Positions 62,999 through 64,000 of a stretch of 64,000 nucleotides of DNA are shown piece by piece. Made by a program: the position numbers and the translations under genes. The notes below the pieces were generated by a model, which saw nothing but the letters and a program-made list of their open reading frames with translations, was not told the origin of the DNA and ran no database searches. The number at the start of each line of letters is the position of its first letter. The stretch's first letter is position 1. The stretch is from Octopus sinensis (taxonomy: Eukaryota), in contig NC_042999.1 in NCBI RefSeq assembly GCF_006345805.1, positions 56,668,001-56,732,000 on the forward strand. The letters run 5' to 3'.

Positions 62999-64000
62999 AA
63001 GAAATCATTGAAATGTTATTTCATGACCTTTTATGAATACAATACACATCCGTTATACTTTAAAAATATGTTCCTGGGGAACACAAGATCGCAACTGAGT
63101 ACATGTTAGACTAAAACTAATATGTTATCACAGTGCAAATACAAAATGTTGGCTGACTAGCGGCACCACAAAACAACGGTAAAGAACAGGTTTTCATTTG
63201 TATTTATTATCATTGTTGTACAGGACTATGTAACAACAGATTAACAAAAAATCTTGGATATTCTAAGGAAGAAGAATTCAAACTAATTTGGATATTTTGA
63301 TCCCAATCAATTGGTGGTATAAGATTTGTACAACATTCAAAAGATTCTCCATTTGAGTTTCCTAGAATAAACGTATACACAGAATCATGTGTGCATTTAG
63401 TACAAAACACATAACAACTGACACTCCGTCGGTTAAGATTGTTCCTGATGGTTCCAGTTGATGCAACCAACGGAACTCGTGAAATTAACGTGTTGAGCAC
63501 TCCACAGACACGCGTGCCCTTAACGTTAGTTCTCAAGGAGATTCAGCGTGACACAGAATGTGACAAGGCTAGCCCTTTAAAATACAGGTACTAATCATTT
63601 TGGCGAGCTGAATGGACTAGGGAAACGTGAAATAAAGTGTCTTGCTCAAGGACACAACGCACCGCTGGGAATTGAACTCATGTCCGTAGGCTCGAGAGCC
63701 GAATACCCTAACCATTATGCCACACGCCTTCACTAACACACATATTATAAGAGTAATCAGAGTCAATTACTAGAATGTCAATTTCACCCATTACATTGTG
63801 AGGTTTTATGATATAGAATAGATGTTTTTATAGAAATATTCCATCAGTTTTCTTTATCTTAACAACCATGATTACAGTCTGTATCCGTTAACTTTAGACC
63901 TTTCAGTTCGAAAATCTTTCCTAAATATTGATCACTTTTGTCTGTGTACAAAGAACTTAGATTTTTATAGTATTTTGACACCTTACCCAGAAAATTGAGC

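Overview
AT-rich, repeat-saturated eukaryotic DNA, probably intronic or intergenic. It is probably cephalopod (Octopus-like); this is an inference from the SINE families and the microsatellite load. There are no prokaryotic genes, rRNA, bona fide tRNA genes or CRISPR arrays, and most long ORFs in the track are translated microsatellites. Mobile elements recognised: (1) several restriction-like-endonuclease (R4/Dong-type) non-LTR retrotransposons embedded in (TAA)n or (TACA)n, three of them stacked head-to-tail at 1-5430 and a 3 kb copy at 38347-41385; (2) CR1-type and RTE-type LINE fragments; (3) a full-length Ty3/gypsy (Mag-like) LTR element at 16970-21453 with PBS, PPT and a GTCTC target duplication, inserted inside an RTE; (4) two hAT/Buster elements, one with an uninterrupted 485-codon transposase frame; (5) a full-length decayed mariner plus derivatives; (6) non-autonomous Helitrons with A|TC...CTAG|T ends; (7) about five SINE families with shuffled modules. 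The most notable observations are: hammerhead-ribozyme motifs with covarying stems (25228, 35845, 12396 and 37694-37830); a roughly 1.9 kb foldback-like structure built from inverted 22-bp minisatellite arms that sits at the 3' break of an RTE and contains a captured RTE fragment (61066-62998); and a tentative chain of small phase-2/2 minus-strand exons, including a tandemly duplicated hydrophobic 54-nt exon candidate.
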